Origin: Tricharina praecox
Taxonomy: Eukaryota
DNA: 64,000 nucleotides
NCBI RefSeq assembly: GCF_024521635.1
Contig: NW_026250403.1
Coordinates: 1,612,001 to 1,676,000 of the forward strand
Direction: 5' to 3'
Part shown: piece by piece, positions 1 to 15,100 of the stretch
How the letters are laid out: each line of letters starts with the position of its first letter
How positions within the stretch are numbered: position 1 is the first letter of the stretch
Program-made: the position numbers and the translations under genes
The notes under the pieces: generated by a model
The model's database searches: none
What the model saw: only the letters and a program-made list of their open reading frames with translations
What the model was told of the DNA's origin: nothing

Positions 1-750
1 TACTACGAAAGTCTACCGGATGACGTCATAACTTTGTTCTCGGAAGAGCTTGTCCTCGGGAGGAGGGAAAGAGGGATGTAGATATATCTCTTTGGACTGT
101 GAATACGGAGATGTTGATGCACCGTTTCAATGCTCAATGCTCAATGCTCGTGAAATACCTGCCCTTTTTTACGCGGGGAGGACTGTACAGCTGGAGTGAT
201 CTGAGGTTGGTGCCCCATTCTTGATCCGGCCATGACGGCGAGCAAGCGGCCCCGGCCGTTTCCCGCTACTCAAGTGCTCGCTCCGGACAAACAAGCCGTC
301 ATACAAGCGTCGGCTAGAATCTTGTTGTCGGAGCTAGACGAGGCTAGAGGAACTTGACACCGCCGGTTCGATCCTGTCTGCCTGCCTGTCTGGCTGCCGT
401 GGCTTGTGGGAGATGGGATGTGTTGAAGCTGGCGGAACGAGTCCTCTGCCCCGGAAGGCATATTTACTCGATTAGTAAAACCGGCAACCCGAACTGCGAG
501 TTCATTTCACCAGCAAGCAAGACGTGTAGTTACGGTGTGTGCGATCATAAACTTGTGCTTGTGGTATATTCATCCATCCGTTCATCGGTGCAAACCCCCC
601 TCCAGCCGAAAGGTATCGCAATTCGCAAAACTTACATCAGAGCCATCCAAGCCCATCCCGTCCAAACCCATTCGTCCGTAGAGTACCAACAAACCCGGAA
701 AGGAAAGAGAAACACAGAAGAAAAAACTCATCACCATAACCCTCACCACA

Positions 751-1033
751 CACTCACCACTCACCACTCACCACTCACCACTCACCACTCACCACTCACC
801 ACTCACCACTCACCACTCACCACTCACCACTCACCACTCACCACTCACCACTCACCACTCACCACTCACCACTCACCACTCACCACTCACCACTCACCAC
901 TCACCACTCACCACTCACCACTCACCACTCACCACTCACCACTCACCACTCACCACTCACCACTCACCACTCACCACTCACCACTCACCACTCACCACTC
1001 ACCACTCACCACTCACCACTCACCACTCACCAC
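751..1033. repeat. Perfect heptamer tandem repeat (CACCACT)n / (GGTGAGT)n, ~40 copies
   Basis: Directly visible uninterrupted ctcacca units over ~283 bp. Generates the spurious (HHSPLTT)n ORF. Confidence 0.97.
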
Positions 1034-1728
1034 AGACACACACACACTCACAGGAAAAGACTCGCCCCAATGTAAACGTAAAGTAAAGTAAAATAAAGTA
1101 TACCGATTGCCTTTCAATGCCACCCTTCAATGCCACCCGTCACCCGTCACCACCAGTGCACCACCACCAAAAAAAGAAAACCAGTACCAATCCAATCCAA
1201 TTCCTCGTAACATAACGAAACGGAAGCAAAAAAACACTGCTTAACAAAACACAAAAAGCCGTTACCGAAAATACGCAAGCCTCAACACACACAAAAAAAA
1301 TGACAAAGGGAATCTCATCGGAGAGAAATCAAAATAATAATATAAAAAAAAAAGAGATGAGAAGAAAAGATCGTTGGCTAGAGGGGACGGGGGAGGGGGG
1401 AAGCCACACACCCCCACCCAACGAACCTGTCCCCCGTAACACCAACGACATGACAAGAAATATAAAAATAAAATAAGATGAGTATACTATGCCAGAGGGA
1501 AACAAGGCAAAAAGTATACAACGCCATACGCAAGGAAAAAGAAGTGATCGAAAAACTCCAACAGGGCATGAGCGAAGCCTCCTCCTCCTCCCGTCACTCC
1601 GCGCATGCAGATGCAGATGCGCAGCAGGAGCCTAAACCCTTCACCCTCCTCCCCCTGCGTGTCATTACTTTTCATAACACGATCTCCCACATCCGTGTCG
1701 TCCATCCTCGACACAGTCATACGAACTT

Positions 1729-4700
1729 TTATAAACTCCCATCATCCCTTCTCCGGATCGTTGAACTTCCAATGCCACCCAACATGGACCCTGGCCCGGA
1801 AACTCGGGGACTCGAAAGACCACCGCGATCGTTCGGGTGAGACGGGGTACGGGTTTCTAGCAGCTGCGGTCGTTGCGTAACGTTCGGACCAAACATTCGG
1901 CTCTGAAGCCTTTCATCGTCTCCCTGCATCGACGCGATGTGGAGCCCGCTACCCCGCTCCAACAACGGCCCTCCAAGAGTCGCACACTGCTACGACGGTG
2001 AGCTAAGATCTCTTCGTTGGGACGATCGGCACCAGACCTTCAATATCACCTGAATGAGGCTATTCTGTTTCAGAGGCTTGGACAGGTACTCGTCCATTTG
2101 TGCTTGGATGCACTTTTCCCGATCACCCAACATGGCGTGCGCTGTCAGTGCGACAATGGGTGTGCGGGCAAGCTTCTGCTCCTTCTCCCACTCGCGAATC
2201 TTGGCTGTAGCCTCGAAACCACCCTATTAAACTGTTAGCAAAGGATGTCCCTCCCACATGCGCGTACAATGAGTGGAAAGCATACCATTACTGGCATTTG
2301 TACATCCATAAGGATGACATCGTAACGCTTCTTCTTGACGGCATTCAGAGCTTGAAGACCATTCTCGACCACATCCACAGTGTGATGGTACTTCTCAAGT
2401 ATTTTCACCGCAAGCTTCTGGTTGACGATGTTATCCTCGGCGAGCAAGAGATTGAATGACCTAGAGTTCTCCGATACGGATGGCGCGGCCCTTCCTTCTA
2501 GCGCGGGAATCATACCGTTACCCAAGTCAATGGGTAGGCATGGCGTTGTCATGTACGAGCTGATACCGAGATCAAGCGTCGACTTGAGCGAGACCTGTAT
2601 TATCGGACACAGCAGGACCAACGGAATGTACTTGAAGTCGTCGAGTGTTCTCAGCTTCAGTGCTGTATCCATAGAATCCACTAGTATCACGTCGAAAGTG
2701 ATGCCCCGCCCGTCAGACCCTGGAGGGTATGGTTTCGCCTCTTGGACCGATCGTACGATGGCAGGTACCAGTCCCAAGAGTCGCAGCATCTCGGGTATTT
2801 CCTCATTCTCCCGCTTTCTGTCGATGAAGAGAACGTGATGTCCCTTGTACGGCTTAAGCTGAGGCATTATCAAGCTGAGCTCCGTGCTGGCGAGGCGGAC
2901 CACGCAGGTAAAGTAAAATGTGCTGCCTTCGTCGGGCATACTCTTCACCCACACGTCACCACCCATAAGATTGACCAGTCGTCGCGAGATGGACAGTCCA
3001 AGTCCTGTACCACCGAATTTCCTCGTTGTGGAACCATCCGCTTGGCAGAACGTGTCAAAAATCATGTCCAGCTTGTCCGGGTGGATACCGATACCGGTAT
3101 CCGAAACCGAGAATTCAAAGCAGTACTCGTTCTCCGCACACCTAGATTGGTCCGTTTGCCGAATTGTCAACTTGACTTCGCCGTTCTCCGTAAATTTGAT
3201 AGCGTTTCCAACGAGGTTGAGAATGACTTGTCGAAGACGGAAAGAATCACCCACGACGTGGTCAGGAACGACGTTATCCACACAGTAAACGAGGTCCAGG
3301 AATCTTTCGTTCGCCTTTACTGCCAGGGTCTTGAGGGCATTGAACACGGTCCCTCGCAGCGAGAAGGGGATCTCTTCCATTACCATACGATTGGCCTCAA
3401 CTGGGAGGGTTTAGCGACGACACTAGTTACTCGGACTAAGGGGTGCAATACTCTTAGAGATATCCAAGATATCATCGATGATGGTCAATAAGCTGTTCGC
3501 CAAATTATGAACGATGTTCAGCATTTCACGCTGGTACTGGGTAAGATCGGTATCCAAGGTCAATTGAGTCTGGTCAAAGTCAGTTGGCCGCTGTGTTTCC
3601 CCCCCGTCGTCCCGATTCGGTGTGTTTTATACCATTCCAATGATACCGTTCATCGGAGTTCGGATCTCGTGCGACATATTCGCCAGGAATTCCGACTTGG
3701 TTCTGTTCGCCAACTCGGCGGTTTCACGCGCTGCTGTATTCTTCTGGATACTGTCGCGCAAGTTGAACACCATCTGGTTGATCTTCGTCTTCAATGCGTC
3801 CATCTCACCGGATGCTTCAACGGTGATGAACCGGTTGAAGTCACCGTCAGCGGCTGCAGCCGTGATGGATCCAAAGGCTCGCACTTGAGTGGTGAGATTT
3901 TGCGCCATAGTGTTGACATTGCTGGTAATCTCCTTCCAGGTTCCGTCGACGTCGTTCACCTCGGCTTGCACACCCAGCTTGCCGTCTATTCCCACATCCC
4001 TGGCGACCCGCTTCACTTCGCGGGAGAAGACCTCCAATCGGTCCACCATCTTGTTGATGGTGTTCTTCAATGCAAGCACCTCGCCTTGAGCGTGGACGTT
4101 AATCTTCCGGCTCAAGTCTCCCTGCGCGACCGCGGTCGTGACATCGGCGATACTTCGCACTTGGGTGGTAAGGTTGTTGGCCATGATGTTGACGTTGTCG
4201 GTGAGATCCTTCCAGGTGCCCTCTACGTCTTGGACCTAACCACCATTCATCAGTCTTTCATCCTTCCGGCACGATTTTGCGGGAGGTTAGCTACCCTAGC
4301 TTGACCACCGAGAATACCATCGGTTCCGACCTCCTTGGCCACCTTCGTCACCTCAGTCGCAAAGTTCTGAAGTCTCTCCACCATCTTATTGATGGTATCC
4401 TTCAACAGCAGGATTTCTCCTTGAGCGTGAACGTCAATCTTCCGAGTAAGGTTGCCTTCTGCGACAGCTGTCGTGACGGATGCGATACTCCGCACTTGTG
4501 TGGTCAAATTTCGAGCCATGCCGTTCACGTTTTCGGTGAGCGATTTCCAAGTGCCTTCGACGTCTTCCACTCTTGCCTGACCTCCTAGCTTTCCTTCGGT
4601 TCCGACCTCACGAGCGACCTTGGTGACTTCGCTGGCGAAATTTTGCAGACGGTCAACCATCTTGTTAATAGTCTCCTTGAGTTGCAGGATTTCACCCTTG

Positions 4701-6140
4701 CAGTGTGCGCTGACCTTCTTCGTGAGATCTCCTTCGGCGACGGCGGTGGTGACGGCGGCGATGTTTCGGACTTGCTCAGTGAGGTTGGCCGCCATTGCGT
4801 TGACGTTGTCGGTAAGCTCACGCCATGTGCCCTTCACCTGCAACTCACCCATCGCGTCAGTTCAGCCAGGCCGCTTAACACTGAAGGCGGAAGAGAGATT
4901 ATACTTCAGAGATTTCCGCCTGTCCACCTAGGATACCATCGATTCCGACCTCGCGAGACACACGTGTGACCTCGAACGCGAACGTTCCGAGCTGGTCCAC
5001 CATGGAGTTTATGGTCTGCTGCAGCTCCAAGATCTCTCCCTGTGCGTGCACATAAATCTTCCTCGAGAGGTCGCCGTTGGCGACAGCGGTAGTGACATCG
5101 GCAATCTCGCGCACCTGATTGGTGAGATTCGATGCCATAACGTTGACTGTGTGGCCGCGCCTGTCAGCATCCAACAATCCCATCGATGCACGACTGTTTT
5201 TCTTTTTCTTTTTCTTTTTCTTTTCTGCGGGTGGTGCATACCGTTATTGGTCAATTCTTGCCATGTTCCCTCAACACCGACAATCTTTGCCTGACCCCCC
5301 AAACGACCTTCGGTTCCGACTTCTCTTGCTACACGAGATACCTCGCTAGCAAACGTTTGTAGTTGGTCCGTCATGGTGTTTATGGTATTCTTGAAAGTGG
5401 TAATCTCCGGGTCCATCTCGACGTCGTGAATGGTGACCTTCTTAGTAAGATCACCCCGTGCAACTATCGCCCGGCAATCAGCAAAATGCTCCCCCGCTCT
5501 CTCTCTTTCTCTCCCTCTCCGCACAGGAGAATAGATGCAACCAAGACGACAACATACCAGCCGTAACGATCTCTCCGATTTCTCGGAGCGCTTTGGAGAA
5601 GGCCTCATTCGCTTGTTGCGACTTCTTGAGTTCCCGCTGTAATCTGTCGATCTTGGATGCCTCATCGGCGGGAACCTGCGGGACAGTCTTGACTCTCTCC
5701 GTCTCCTGTATTAGATCTCGCAACTTCTTCTTATTCTCCTGTATCTCCTGCTCGTGATATTTGCATTTCGCCTGCAGGTATTCAAGTTGCGACTGATGGC
5801 TGACCTCGCTGCCCGGACTTCCGGCCCGCCCCGTCAAGGCCAGTGGCACCGGTGATGGGTGCCGATTCGACCCGACCGATGCCATGGAAAACGGCGATGC
5901 AGGCGGCACGAACTCGTTGGGCGTCTCCGGGAATGTCTGGCCGTTGGTGCTGGCAGCCCTGGCCTCGAGCTGCCGCACACGCAGCACCAGGGACTTCAGC
6001 TCCCGTTCTAATTCCTTCTTCTCCGGCGTGTCGTTGCCCGGTAAACTGGTGGCTTCATCGCCGAAGGCCTGGTGGTCGCCGTTCGCCAAGGAGCGGATCA
6101 GGGCCGTCGTGGCCTTATAGGCCTCGTCGTGGTTGTGCAT
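1729..6140 (-). CDS. nik1: Group III hybrid histidine kinase (poly-HAMP, HisKA, HATPase, receiver), multi-exon
   Basis: ATG 6140 (MHNHDEAY). Five ~92-aa HAMP repeats plus a terminal HAMP. H-box [23 protein letters not shown]-box [17 protein letters not shown]-boxes DTGIGI and [10 protein letters not shown], receiver [12 protein letters not shown], then ...YLSKPL...ILK|CATLGG. GT-AG introns join the ORF pieces (e.g. donor 5557, acceptor 5464). Stop at 1729. Confidence 0.95.
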
Positions 6141-9100
6141 GTCGAGTGCCGGTTCACTTCCAGAACTCGAGGGGAGCCGAAAGCAAAAGAGGTTTCGTAG
6201 AAGGCCACTCAAACCCGCTGTTTAAGAATCCTGACCCTGTAGACGAAATTGTCTAGAGAGGAGTCAGGGTGAGGGGGGTGGGGCGGTGATGAAGGGAGAT
6301 GGCGGGACAGAGTCGTGGAGAGTAGCGCGGTCCGGACTTTCGTAGACCTGGGTCGGGTTATGGCCTTTGGGGGGGGTGTTGGGTTGATGGTGGCAGTGGT
6401 GGTAGTGGTGGTGGCAGTGGTAGTGGGCGGAGAATGGCACAGGACGAGGATTGCCGAGAAGCCCCAAGCAAGCAAAACTGATAGTTTACCTAGCGGCGGT
6501 GGCGGCGCCCGGGTATGAGAGGAGCATATAAAGGACAGGTAAACGAGGTAGTTTGAATTACTCGCAAAAATTCAGGGAGAATCTGGGAATAACGGAGAAA
6601 GAGCGGGCCACGAGCTAAGTTGTTGCTGCGGAGAGCAGGTAGGTATGGTGTATGGTGAGGGTGCCGGTGCTCTGGATTTTTGGGGATCGAGGAGGGTGTG
6701 TGGGTTGCGGGAGGGGTGTGGTTGAGTAAGTATGTAGGGGGTTGCTACTAGGTTTGGATTTTGGAGGGGGAGAGGGGGGGTGGGGAGGGGTATAGGGCGG
6801 TGAGAATGAAAGCGGAAGGGCGAGGACGATATTCAGAGCGAGGGTGGATTTTGGGGTGCCGGGATATTGGAGGGGGGTGAGTGTTGGCTTATGGTTGGTC
6901 CCGGCGGGGTGCGCAAGAGGGAGGCAGCGGCAGGGCAGCAGAACAACACAGAGAAACACAACCAACACGACCAGACCAGTTACGATGTACGAGAGCAATA
7001 AGGCGGCGATGTGGTTAGTGGAGGGGGTATGTAGAGGTGGGGAGCGGGGAGAGCGGGGGGAGCGGGAAGAGGTGGAAGAGGTGGAGGTCGGGGGAGGTGG
7101 GGATGGAGATGGAGATGGAGATCTGGAGACTGGAGAGGAGGAGGAGGTGGAGGAGGAGGGGGAGAAGGCAGGAATCGTGGTCGCCAAGGGTAGTGGGGGA
7201 GGACTCAAATGTATGGTAGAGTACTTTGGTGGTGGGTAAGTACTTGGGTAGGTGTTTAGATGGATGTATGGAGTTATCAGACGCTGGATGGTCCACCCGA
7301 ACACCTATTCACGACTGACCGACTGACCGACTGACCGACTCTTCTCTTTCCTATTCTCCGACTTCTTCATTCTAACTAGTATTCTACAGGTTCCGCAAAG
7401 ACATTCCGCCTTCCTCCAGTATAGTTCTATAGAGTATGTATATCCATCTTGGGTGGTTTGGTCTCTGGCGATCGTGTATAGGTATCCAGGACGATAGTAG
7501 GATGTGTTCATTCGCGGCCAGTCAGGCAGCCGAGTTCGAATGAGGTGGTGGGAAGGGGGGGTCTGTCACAGCAAAGTCGGTGGTGGTGGAGCGGTGGAGC
7601 GGTGACGGAAGGGCTCTTCTCCTGGTACCGTAGCAAGCGGTGACGGAACGTCTTCTCTTCTCTTGGTACCGCAGTAGGCAGAAACTCGAAGGAGACAAGT
7701 GCCGTGGATACTATGGATACTATACATACACATATCCTACATATCAGACATATCATACACGCATATTATACACACATACACGCATACACGCTCTCGAGTC
7801 TGGAGTTACAGCTGTCTTCAGCATAGTGCAGGGACAGGTACCGGGTCGTGGGCGGTGGCGGTAGGCGGATGACTGGCCAAGCACATGGAGCACGAGCGGT
7901 CGGTACGGGTGTGCTCTAGAGTGGAGTGGGTACTTGGGTATAGATCTTAGAGTAGGCATCCGTCCCCAGGAAAGGCCTTGGTCGGGCGGGGGACTCTACT
8001 CACGTCGGAGGACGGCTTCGAGGACACCGGGCCATAGTTGTCATGCCGTCGAGCTCGAGGAGGAGGAGTAGGACGGGGAGGACGTGGACGAGAACGACGA
8101 GGAGGACCGATCTCGACTGCCAGGACGAGGCTGTAGCTGCAGGCGACAGCTCAATTAAGCACCATTCGAGAGAGCTACATGATGTAGTTAGTAAATCGCG
8201 AGCCTCGCCGATGCGCACGAACGAATCCGAATGGCGGAGCCTTGGGACAGGACAGGACAGGACAGGAAGGGTCGGACCAGGCCAAGCCAGGACGGCCCAC
8301 ACAGCTCCCACTCCACTCCGCAACGTGCATCGCGGGCGGCCGGTATCAGAACTCCGCAGAGATGTGTACATGCTACCTGTCGCTTCGTTCACGTGTTTCT
8401 CCTTCGTCCAACCATCCCCCCTTCAGATCTTCAGATCGGAATCACAGGGTAGCGCAGACGTTTCGCGGTCGGTCCATCATTCCGGCTGGCGATGATCTGT
8501 CGAAGCCAACCAGCCCAAACAACCAGCCAACCAACCACCGAAGAAATACCAGTACTAGTAAACTCCGTCTCAGGAAATTCTCCTTTTGTTTTGAACTGAA
8601 CCTTCCCTTCTTGCCCCCCCCTCCCCTTCTTCTTTTCCTTTTTCTTTTTCTTTTCCGTTTTCTGCTACGTGAGCCAGGCCGGCAGGCCGCCAGGTCGTCA
8701 GGCCTTCGGGCTTCAGGTTAGCCCCCAAGCGTAGTTGATGCGCAGTGCCCACTGCCCACAGTCTAGAATCCCTTGGCCCGTCACGGTCACAGAGATCCGA
8801 GAAGACCAGAAGAAACCGGACTCAACCTTCAGGGACGCAAAGAAAAGAAAAGAAAACACAACAGACGCGTTCGGCCGCCAGAGCAACATCGAGATCTCCG
8901 AGTGGGCGGCCTGGACGGCGGGCGCCCCACACATACACACGCACGCGCCAATTGACCTCGACGATGGAACGTAGAAGAGCGCACGCGTCGGAGAGCTCGA
9001 GGTTCCTCGGGACTCGGACATCCTCTGTCATGCTTCACGCCTACCTAAAAAGCCATGTGGGCGGTGGACGCTGCGCGCAGGCGCCGATGACGTAGGTATC

Positions 9101-12100
9101 CAGAGTAGGCGTTGGTGGCGCAGTGGCGCGAACTTCAGCCCGGTTCCGGGTCCCCACTTCCACAGAGGTGGGCCTGACATGATACTGTAGGTACGGGCGA
9201 AGTCGAGCACCAGGCGCGCCGGGCTCGTCTCGCCTCTCGGACATGTGTTGTGTTTGTACCTGCTTCTCCTACCTACCATGCCTATGCGGCCAGCCAGCGA
9301 CCGGCCGTTCGTTCCATTGTTATCCGGGAGAGTCAAGACTCAAGGCTCGAGAGCGAGAGTCGAAATTGCCTTTCCTGCCTTCCTTCGGATAAAGTTTCTT
9401 ATCGGCGGACCCCATGCTCATGATTCATCGAGTACCGTATGACGCAGTGCCTGTCTTGCCTGTCTTGTCTGCCTGCCAGCAATCACGAGGGAGTCAAAGC
9501 TCAGCTATGTTTAGTTTGAGCCGGCCACGGAGTCGGTAGAGCATTTCTCTAGAGTATATGTAGTACCTAGTACCTATGTTTATCGCAGCGCTTGGAGTAT
9601 TCCGAAAAAGAGAACTGCCCTCATGATGCTCAGGCGGTTTCTATAGCTATTCGCGAGTTCTACGGTATGTAACTTCCACCATCTCCCTGGACGGCGCGGA
9701 ACGTGGAAAGTGAGTGTGAGTGTGTCTCCTCAAACGAAGCAGCCTCGCAGCCGAGCTCGCGGAGTGGAATGGAGACAGGTATCTCCGTCCCACGACTGTG
9801 AAACGAAATGCATCCGTTGAATACCTACCGTACTACCGTAGTCATACATGCAAATCAATGAATCGATGATGGCATTTCCGCCGCGTGCCTCTGTTCCACC
9901 ACGGCCACCGACAGTCATATGTAAGTCCACCCTACATATCTGCCAATGAGGGTTTCTCTGAAGCTGGTTACATGCCACGCTCCAAGAGTTTTTACCCCTT
10001 TAAGGAGACTGTTGTCGACTTCGGCTTCAAGGGCCGGACGTGGATGCTACATGCTGGAGTGAGCCGTCATGATCCCGGGGACTGCTTGCGGAGTTTGACT
10101 TTAGGCAGCAGCAGCACACCTATCGTACCTACCGGTACTTACCGGTACGCCTGGTCACTGGTCAGGATTTGACGTTGGAAAGTCATGATTACCTATCCTC
10201 TTTATTGGCAGCTGGGCAATGCTCTATCATCCATATGTCTATAGTAACTACCCCCCGGGTCGGCGCTCGCGTCCGATGCGTGGGTGGATGACCGACCAGG
10301 TGTCAGCCGGCAAGTCCACCAGGATGTCCGATGAACTGGACAACGGGGGTTTTGGCGGGCCACATCCGGCTCCGATGCTTCGGGACGAAGTACCGCAGAC
10401 ACTTTAACTCGGCGGAACAGAGATGTCGATACCATTCCCATATTCTGTACGAACTTCGACATTTTTCGCATTCGCGACGGTGGACGGTAGACTCTAGAGT
10501 CCGTGGATTGAAGGTTTTAGATTCGGCACGATCATGACATCATCGTACATTTCCACGTTACGTTACGTCGGAAAGACAAAAGCCCGGACCACCAAAGCGT
10601 GGAGTAGAGTGCAGTTGGAGGAGTTGTCTCGGTGAAGTTCCGAGCTGTACACTTGCCACCGGATCTATAATGTGGAGTGCCGGCACAGCTACCAGTAGCC
10701 ATTAAAGTCACGTCTGGAGCTTGGTGCTTGCTTGGTGCTTGGAGCTTCTCAACAACACAACGACGCCAGCGATTAAACCGTCCGAATATTCCCCTTCAGG
10801 CTTCCATTGTGAGCACTGAGAATACATACGATCGTCGACCACGGATTCGCTGGAGGCTGGAGCTATGATATGTATATCCGCTCGGCTTCTGCCGCATATC
10901 CGCGATCCGGCGGTACCTGATCTGACCTGGCCTGATGAACCGTACCGTGAACGAGGCAGAGGCCCTGACACTACTCTACCCGCATTCGTGGATTGGTTCA
11001 TGGGGGGCGGGGGCCGGACCAAGTAACGTGCTTGACTATGTGGAGGGGCTAGCAAATATAAACCAACGAGCCCATCTGCTCCGGAGCCCGCTCTTCTTCT
11101 GCACTCCACTTCTAGACTTCTAGATATCATAGGTGCTCGGGTCGGACCGCTGGACTATGGACTACCGGGAACCCTCAACGCCCAGAGGCCAGAGTTTTGT
11201 GTGAAAGTATCTGCCAGTGAGCTGCGAGAGATCCCGCCACCCCCGGTAACCGAGGTCGCGTCAAAAAAAAAAACGCATTCGAGATATTCCACGGCTACCG
11301 GTGGGTGAAATTTGAATGGATGTTGCTGCAGCACCGTTTATCGTTCGGTTTACATGTATCTGTGTGGGGGAAACATCGAACCATCATGCTATCCGTTCGG
11401 CGATTACCCAGGTATTAGTTATCGGAGGGAAGCAGCATGCATACACGAGAGTTGCACGGTTTCGAGCTTTGCGATCGCAGGTAACCGTCGGCGCAGGCGG
11501 CATACCGGTATATCATTTTTGGGGTGTTCGATATTCGATAGGTATTCGATATCTACGGTGCGGTATGGCACTGTCGACTCTGTCTATGGAGGTACCTGCC
11601 AGTACCCTCCACGGTCAATTGATTGATTGGAAACAACACAACACAACACAACACAACACATTCGTATTCATGAATCATAGATCATAGATCTTCACTGACC
11701 AACACTCCAGCACTCCATACAGTCCATGCTATGATCTATCACGCCTACCGGTAGTACTTACCTAGAGTATCTATCCCACACTCCCCGACTCCCAGCTGAC
11801 AGCTGGGCATGTAAGCAGGTGTCGCCCTGTCGGTTGTTTACGGCCACCAAAACGTTCACTCGCCCCCCTCATACCTCAAGCCTCAAGGTCCAAGGTAGGC
11901 ATCCCATGACACAAGACACTGGCGTAAAATTGCACTCTACTCCACTCCACCCAGAAAAACTCCTCAGCTCTCGGTTACGACCCGAGCCGGGGGGTGAGGG
12001 GAGTATGTATGGGGGTATGTATGAGAGCATAGGTACATACGACTGCGGAACGGAAGACTGAAGTGAGCTCGTCTACGAGTACTCTAGAGTAGGTAAGCAG

Positions 12101-15100
12101 ATATCTGGTATTTCCTTGAAGAAGTCACTCGGTTGTCACGCCTCGCTGTAGAGTACGGTATGTGCAGACTCTACGTACGTACGCCCAGCTGCCAGCTCCG
12201 GCGTCGGGACGTTGACATGGCCGAGGAGGTAGACATTCAAAACGAAAGCGAACCGCTTGGACGTGGCTCAAACTGCCCTCTCCCCGTACCCTTATACTCA
12301 CGTGTAGTACTCTGTACACGAAGCCGTTATTCAGCCGTCAAATCAGACCCCATGGGCCCTGGAACCCCACGACCACCACGACCACCACCATTACCACCAC
12401 CACCACCACCACCACCACCAGCACGTGCCCCGCCTACACCTACCCCAACCTCTCTAGCCTATCCGCACTCAACATCATTTTGCAGCAACCATCATGGTTC
12501 TATACCGTATATGCAGAGGAGTACACCACCCGCCGATCAGCCACGAAATGATCATCCGAATGCGAACAACAAAGCTGCTGATGCATATGGATGATCGACT
12601 TTGCCTTTGCCTTTGCCTTTTGGCCACCCAGCCAGCCGCCACTTGAGATTTCGAAGCCGCAGCTGCACGATTGGGGCGGGGCGAGGGCGCGGCGGCGAAG
12701 GTGAGGATGGGGATGATAACTCCGGCCCATGGATGATCATTGATCAGGCTTCGAGGAACTTGGATGCACGAGCTGTAGGTACTATACACTACAGACCGCT
12801 CGTGGGTGGCCACGCACACGACGCACGCAAGAGAATATTGTATATACGGCACATGTCCGGTAACGCCGGCATCGATATGAGAGTGCGGAGCCACTATATC
12901 TGCGCGGAAAATCGCGAATCATGACGGTTATGTAGGATGGTCCTTGGAAGCCTCGCTGCGCACCTCTCTAGAGTCTAGAAGCACACACCTTCCTCCACCT
13001 CCCCTCCCTCCCTACAAGATCAAATCCCGACAGATATATAGCCGCCGCCGTTCCGGTACGTACTCTGCACACTCGACCGGCAGTAGCCAGTAGGTACTCC
13101 ACGCAACCGTGTGTGCTGTGTGCTGGACAGTCTGCTCTAGAACTTATACATAACGGGCGCTGATTCCCCGCTTGAAATGGTACATCGTCACTATGGGTAG
13201 TATAGGTAGTAGAGCGCGGCAGATGGGTGAACAATGGGTGTTCGATAAGCCGAGGACATGCCATGCATGGCTGTGGATCCTGATGTTCTACCTATGATAC
13301 CCATGGCGTGATTGAAGACAGTGGCAAATATCAATATAACGCTCGTATTCCCCCCGCCGCCGCCATTGAGCGGAGATATGTTTGCATGGCATGGAGAGAA
13401 AGAATCGTGGCGGGAGAACGAAGACACAAGTTGAATTTACCATACATACGGTACTCTACCACCGCGGGTGGTCAGCGGTAGATTCGCATTGATCGCCATT
13501 ACCTACTGCACCGGAACTGTTCGGCCGATTGATAACTACTCCTGAGCTTTACCGTCACCTTCAACATCTCGGGATACCTAGCCGAAGCACCCACCTCCTC
13601 GGTGAAGGTTCTCACCGCAGGTCCGAGGACATAATCTTCATACCTACAGATTCTTCGGATCCGCAAGCTTGTCGGGGATTGAAGGAGGTGTCTTATGTTA
13701 TGGTTCGGTAGGGAAAACCATGCACCGTGTCTCCGGCGGTATACCATATATACACACGAGGGGTCATTGTGGACAACTTCTCAAAACAAAAATCGGTTAC
13801 TCTCGAGTCGGCGGGGTTCACAGATTCCACAGGCCGACAATTCCGGGGGAACAGAGTGGATTGTCGTAACGGCCCGCTGGTGTAGGTAACGGGCGTTTGT
13901 CGTCGGTATTGAGCTCGAGTCGACTGCCCGTTGATCGCGCACATGAAGCGCCGGGAAGGTGGTAGAATGATTACCCGCGCGGTAACTAAGCCGGTCGTCG
14001 TCCCGCAGACCGTGAACACTAGCCAGATCCGATAACCGGACCGCCGTTCCTTTTCCCGGCGGCCGTCTTCTCAACCCCCAGCTTCCCGACTCCCGAACCC
14101 TCAATCGCTCTGTGTACCTACTCTAGATCTCGTCTAAACGCACTCTATGGGTCCGCGAATCATTTCTCGCTGGTAAAGTGCACCACTCTATCTACTCGTG
14201 TGTATCTCGATACTTGTATCTTGTATCTTGTATCTCTCTCGCCGCTCGGAGCTTTGTGTGCCGTCCGCCCATGTTGCCATGCTGCCATGCACCGCGCACC
14301 CAGTCGCTCGCAACGGTTCTAGAACCGCCGCCCCCCAGCCCTTGTGCGCGTGATGATGTCGCGATTCCAATGTCCCTGGCCGTGCGATTGGGTGCCGTAC
14401 TCTACTTTTCTGCCTGCTATGCAGAATAATCCTTCTCCGTGGCACGCACGCTGGTGTAAGTGGTAGGGAGGGTTGGTAGGTGGGTTGGTACCTATCACCC
14501 TGCATTCGGGTCCGCAATGCAGCCCGGCCCCTATGTAACTTAACTACATCATGGTGCCTCGTTTTCCCATTTTCCCCCTTCCCTTCCTATCTGTCTGTCT
14601 CTGCGTGGATGGGTGGATGCGTGGATGGGTGGATGGGTGGATGCGTGGATTGAGCTGACCGCCCCCATGTCCATGCCGGCTTCGGCAGTTTTGCTGGAGG
14701 GGTGGTCGGGGGGAAGGGGGGCAGCGCGGCGGGAAGAGGGGTCTGGAGTGGAGTGGAGTGTATGTACGATGATGTAGTATGTTGACGAGGGACTGGGTGG
14801 GTGGGGCGGGGGGCGAGGGGCGGGGCTTCCCGCCCTCCCCGGCCGCTGCATTGCGGGTCACTCGCGCTGGCCATGCAGGGTCTTGCTTTGCTCCGGCGGC
14901 CTGCGGGTGCGTGCCCGGCAGCTGTGGGGATGGGGATGGGGATGGGGGTGAGGGGGGCTGGCTACCCCCCCTTACTCTAAATCTACATACTCTACCTCGA
15001 TACGTCCAGGATGGATGGGACTGGGGAAGCTGGGCTGAGCTGAGTACGGTGGGCCGCAAGCAACCCGCTTGGATCTATCATATGTGTCCCTTTTTTGCTT

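Noticed and set aside
751..1033. Telomere or CRISPR interpretation of the heptamer array
   Set aside because: The unit is not TTAGGG, it is internal with ordinary flanks, and it has no spacers.
354..1091. 245-aa ORF with (HHSPLTT)n
   Set aside because: Stop-free translation of the heptamer repeat, TTG start, no recognisable domain.
6141..6212. TTG-initiated 24-aa N-terminal extension of Nik1
   Set aside because: Only an open frame. Nothing in the sequence supports its use over the ATG at 6140.
6615..7304. Pro/Ser-rich 229-aa ORF upstream of nik1
   Set aside because: Product of C/T-rich low-complexity leader sequence, non-ATG start.
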